NCBI GenBank assembly: GCA_001443495.1
Contig: LDXR01000007.1
Coordinates: forward strand, 51,398 to 115,397
Origin: a candidate division NC10 bacterium CSP1-5
GTDB lineage: Bacteria; Methylomirabilota; Methylomirabilia; Methylomirabilales; CSP1-5
Length of the DNA: 64,000 nt
Direction of reading: 5' to 3'
Shown: piece after piece, positions 63,233-64,000 of the stretch
Position numbering within the stretch: the first letter of the stretch is position 1
How the letters are laid out: each line of letters starts with the position of its first letter
The notes under the pieces: generated by a model
What the model was told of the DNA's origin: nothing
The model's database searches: none
The model's input: the letters and a program-made list of their open reading frames with translations, nothing else
Program-made: the position numbers and the translations under genes

Positions 63233-64000
63233 GTGATCTCCAAAGCGATCTTGCAGCAGAAGGATTACCGGCATCTGTGGCACCCCTTTACCCAAATGCA
63301 GGAATGGTTTGCCGAAGAGGCGTTGATCATCGACCGGGGGGAGGGCAACTATCTCATCGATGTCGATGGTAACCGCTACCTCGATGGTGTGTCCTCCCTC
63401 TGGTGTAACGTGCACGGGCACAACCGGCGCGAGATCGATGAGGCGATCATCGCACAGCTTGGGCGGATCGCCCACTCGACCCTCCTCGGCCTCTCCCACC
63501 CTCCCGCGATTCTCCTGGCAGAACGGTTGGTCGAGATCGCCCCGCCCGGCCTCACCAAGGTCTTCTACTCCGACAACGGGGCGACGGCGGTGGAGATTGC
63601 CCTGAAGATGGCGTTTCAGTATTGGCGGCAGAAAGGCCCGGAGAGGTTCCGAGGGAAGACCACCTTTCTCTACTTCACGGGGGGGTATCATGGGGATACC
63701 CTGGGGGCCGTGAGCGTGGGAGGCATCGACCTGTTCCACCACCTCTATAAGCCCCTCCTCTTCGAGGCCTTTCCCCTGCCTGCCCCCTATAGCGCGGCGG
63801 AGAGAGAGGCGGCCCTCAAGGAAGCGCAGCGGACGATTGAAGCCCGCCATCCTGAGGTGGCGGGCCTCATCATGGAGCCGGTGATTCAGGGGGCGTCGGG
63901 GATGCGACCCTACCCTTCGGGTTTCACGCGAGCCGTCTGGGAGCTCTGTCGGGATCACGAGATCCTCTTCATCGCGGATGAGGTAGCCACCGGGTTCGGT
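63233..64000 (+). CDS. bioA: Adenosylmethionine-8-amino-7-oxononanoate aminotransferase (3' end lies outside the window)
   Basis: The gene has a GTG start and is absent from the track because it runs off the window. HLWHPFTQM, ...DGVSSLWCNVHGH..., ...FYSDNGATAVE..., ...GGYHGDT... and ...LFIADEVATGFG are present. Confidence 0.9.
   Translation, partial: MISKAILQQKDYRHLWHPFTQMQEWFAEEALIIDRGEGNYLIDVDGNRYLDGVSSLWCNVHGHNRREIDEAIIAQLGRIAHSTLLGLSHPPAILLAERLVEIAPPGLTKVFYSDNGATAVEIALKMAFQYWRQKGPERFRGKTTFLYFTGGYHGDTLGAVSVGGIDLFHHLYKPLLFEAFPLPAPYSAAEREAALKEAQRTIEARHPEVAGLIMEPVIQGASGMRPYPSGFTRAVWELCRDHEILFIADEVATGFG

Noticed and set aside
1-64000. A search by eye for tRNA genes (especially tRNA-Sec), rRNA, CRISPR arrays, transposases, integrases and phage genes.
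   Set aside because: I found no T-loop/anticodon-arm arrangement (GGTTCGA-type boxes, CTTCAAA loops) in a non-coding context, no regularly spaced repeats and no recombinase-like ORFs. A tRNAscan or Infernal run would be needed to be sure.

Overview
This is a GC-rich bacterial chromosomal segment with about 80 tightly packed genes on both strands. Many neighbouring genes overlap by ATGA or GTGA, which suggests translational coupling. I recognised no rRNA, tRNA, CRISPR array, transposase or integrase. Most of the content is housekeeping or metabolic: nth, gltA, eda, metG-holB-tmk, selA, moaC, tupABC, bioF and bioA, ABC/MFS/ChrA transporters, several regulators, and a redox/detoxification gene block. 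The strongest unusual signal is selenocysteine recoding. Three genes are each interrupted by a single in-frame TGA, and each TGA is followed 10-15 nt later by a hairpin with a GG-containing loop. These genes are an MBL-fold hydrolase, a DedA-rhodanese fusion and an OsmC-like peroxidase; in the latter two the TGA sits at the catalytic Cys position, and for the MBL gene a Cys at that position is only my recollection. selA lies in the same window, and TGA otherwise works as a normal stop. Other notable items are listed below.
- A sigma-54-promoted minor-pilin-like operon in GspH-I-J-K order, bracketed by two proteins of about 560 aa with PilX-N-type N-termini, next to an orphan NtrC-type activator.
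- A stand-alone sigma-54-activator AAA+ domain with a destroyed Walker B and no GAFTGA loop, co-oriented with three small exported proteins.
- A 163-nt GC-rich intergenic repeat in two copies with conserved nested hairpins.
- A near-consensus sigma-54 promoter driving only a 46-codon Cys-rich micro-ORF beside an AT-rich island.
- An internally deleted Dps gene.
- Several promoter/operator predictions, some implying leaderless mRNAs.
All functional calls come from reading the translations and motifs by eye. No database search was run.
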